NCBI GenBank assembly: GCA_050273025.1
Contig: CP158635.1
Span: 5,394,001-5,458,000, forward strand
Reading direction: 5' to 3'
Source: Cenococcum geophilum
Lineage: Eukaryota
Length of the DNA stretch: 64,000 bases
Numbering within the stretch: the first letter of the stretch is position 1; each line of letters opens with the position of its first letter. Positions 62,336 to 64,000 of the stretch are shown one piece after another. The position numbers and the translations under genes were made by a program. The notes beneath the pieces are model-generated. The model searched no databases, was not told where the DNA came from, and saw only the letters and a program-made list of their open reading frames with translations.

Positions 62336-63859
62336 AGAAGGACGGCGTTACTTTTATAGGCCTACTGCTTAAGGCTCTCTATAGTCTTAAGTAGGCGCTA
62401 TATCTTTAGTATAAGGAGCTTAAGAGCTTCCTTATTACCCTTAAATATATACCAATTCTAGCTAACCTATACGTCTTTATTAGCCAGCAAAGCGGCCAAA
62501 TTATTATCGTCTACGTTAACAATTTTATCTTAATTAGACGAGATATACGGATAAATAAACTGCTTAAAGAAGCACTTAAGAATAAGTATAAAGTAAAAGA
62601 CTTAGGCCCAATTGCGTACTACCTAAGTATTCAAATTATAAGGAACCGCTAGGCGCGATTAACTCAACTAGTATAAGACGCCTATATTAGAAAAATCCTA
62701 CATACGTTCTATATAGAAGACTACGTACTAGCCTCTATACTAATTTACCCATTTATAGTAGACTTTAAGCTACATAAGCTTAAGGATTAAGCTCCGCTAG
62801 AGCTAGTAAAACGGTATTAATTGCTAATAGGCTCTCTACTATATCTATATAATTAGACTCGGCCTAATATAGCCTAGGCTATAGGAAAGCTCTATTAGTT
62901 TCTATATAATCCTACCAAACTATATATAGACGCCGCGATATAGATACTCACCTACTATATAGGGATAATCGACTTAGGTATAGAGTTTGGCTTACCCTAA
63001 GGGTAGCAGCCACCTCTAAAAGCCTTCGCTAAAGTGTTAGCTATAGACTATACTATGCCTAATTACAATAGGGAGTATAGCGGAAGCGCACTAGGTAATA
63101 TACCTAACCTATAACTACACGGCTATAGCGATACAGTATTCGCAGATGCGGTCGATAGAAAGTTAACTTCTAGCTATATTTATAAGCTAGTAGGTAGCCT
63201 AGTTTTATATAAATTAAATAAGTAGTTAATTCTTACAACCTCTACTATAGAGGCTAAGTACGTAGCAATAACGTATGCGGCTAAGGAAGCCTTATAGCTC
63301 TATTAATTGCTTACTAATTTAGGCTACACCGGAAAGGATTTACTACCGATATATTTATATGGCGATAATTAACCAGCTATAAGCCTTACTAAAAGCGACG
63401 ACTACCACGCGCGTACTAAGCACTTTAAGCTATACTAGCACTATATTTATAACAAGGTTTAAAGCGGCGTAATCCACTTATGGCACGTTTCTATAAGCAG
63501 TATAGTAGCAGACAGTCTTAGTTATAAAGCTACTATTAACGACTTAGTTTAGGAACTTTGTTAAGCAGCTAGGCCTTATTTAATGCGATATAGACACTAA
63601 ACCTAAGTAGGAAATTATATATAGGTCGGCAAAACCTCGGAGGGTACGCCATTTAATAACTCTAACTAATGCTAACGACTTTTAAATAGGGGATGGGAAC
63701 GATGTAGAGCTTATAATAAGTAATTGATTACAGATTAGGGAGAGGTTAAATAGGACCTATAATACACTCGGAGGATTATAAGGTATTTCTTTTATATATA
63801 AACAAGTTTAATACTAATTTAGCAAGGATCTGCTTCTGTTTTAGTGGAGCACTAGGGGG

Positions 63860-64000
63860 TATAACGATAGTACTAGAGGAGTCCTCCACATGCGTCTCCT
63901 GCTTACATAAGCAGAGTCCCTTCTTATTTAGTCTCCGCAGCAACTACTTCGGTATCCATAGTAGTCACTCCGGACCCCGTAGATATAGGCCTATATTAAG
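63860..64000 (+). repeat. Copia 3' LTR (partial)
   Basis: Follows the purine tract ACTAGGGGG, starts TATAACG (RIP form of TGTAACG) and matches the 5' LTR. Confidence 0.85.

Larger units (their letters stand above)
37987..64000 (+). mobile_element. Ty1/copia LTR retrotransposon, RIP-mutated and split by two gypsy insertions (3' LTR runs off the window)
   Basis: LTR copies at 37987-38190 and 63860-64000+, GGTTATAAGC (copia GGTTATGAGC-type PBS) after the 5' LTR, gag ~38375-39353, PR/INT ~47392-48900, RT 49500-49925 plus 62341-63100 (LPIKWVF, TAFLN, LLKALYSLK*AL) and RNase H (GYSD...DRK.TS, ST.EAKY). Order INT-RT-RH. Confidence 0.9.

Noticed and set aside
31400..64000. Starship-type giant element or horizontally acquired island
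   Set aside because: No tyrosine-recombinase captain or cargo genes seen; the AT richness is explained by RIP of ordinary TEs.

Overview
Fungal genomic DNA (filamentous ascomycete, probably Eurotiomycetes-like; the taxon is inferred). The first ~31.3 kb is gene-dense with intron-containing genes: a DUF7730-like protein, a hypothetical protein, a TCO89-like protein, a small GPI-anchored protein, BFR2 head-to-head with IND1, a HET-domain pseudogene, TFB3, a prefoldin/DUF3835 (URI/Bud27-like) protein, an ataxin-10/CTR86 homologue with an apparent internal HMG box, a MARVEL-like protein and a PNPOx-like/FNR oxidoreductase. A RIP-decayed Mutator transposon (9-bp TSD) sits in the short TFB3/URI-like divergent promoter. 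From ~31.8 kb there are a MITE and a nested foldback element. From ~38 kb to the end lies a RIP-mutated nest: a Ty1/copia element interrupted by two full-length chromodomain Ty3/gypsy elements. The second gypsy carries two related non-coding elements with CATC..GATG-type ends, 2-bp TSDs and a shared, ordered series of satellite arrays. Both gypsy copies also retain a relic antisense, apparently spliced Zn2Cys6-like/coiled-coil gene. All calls come from reading the sequence by eye; no searches were run.
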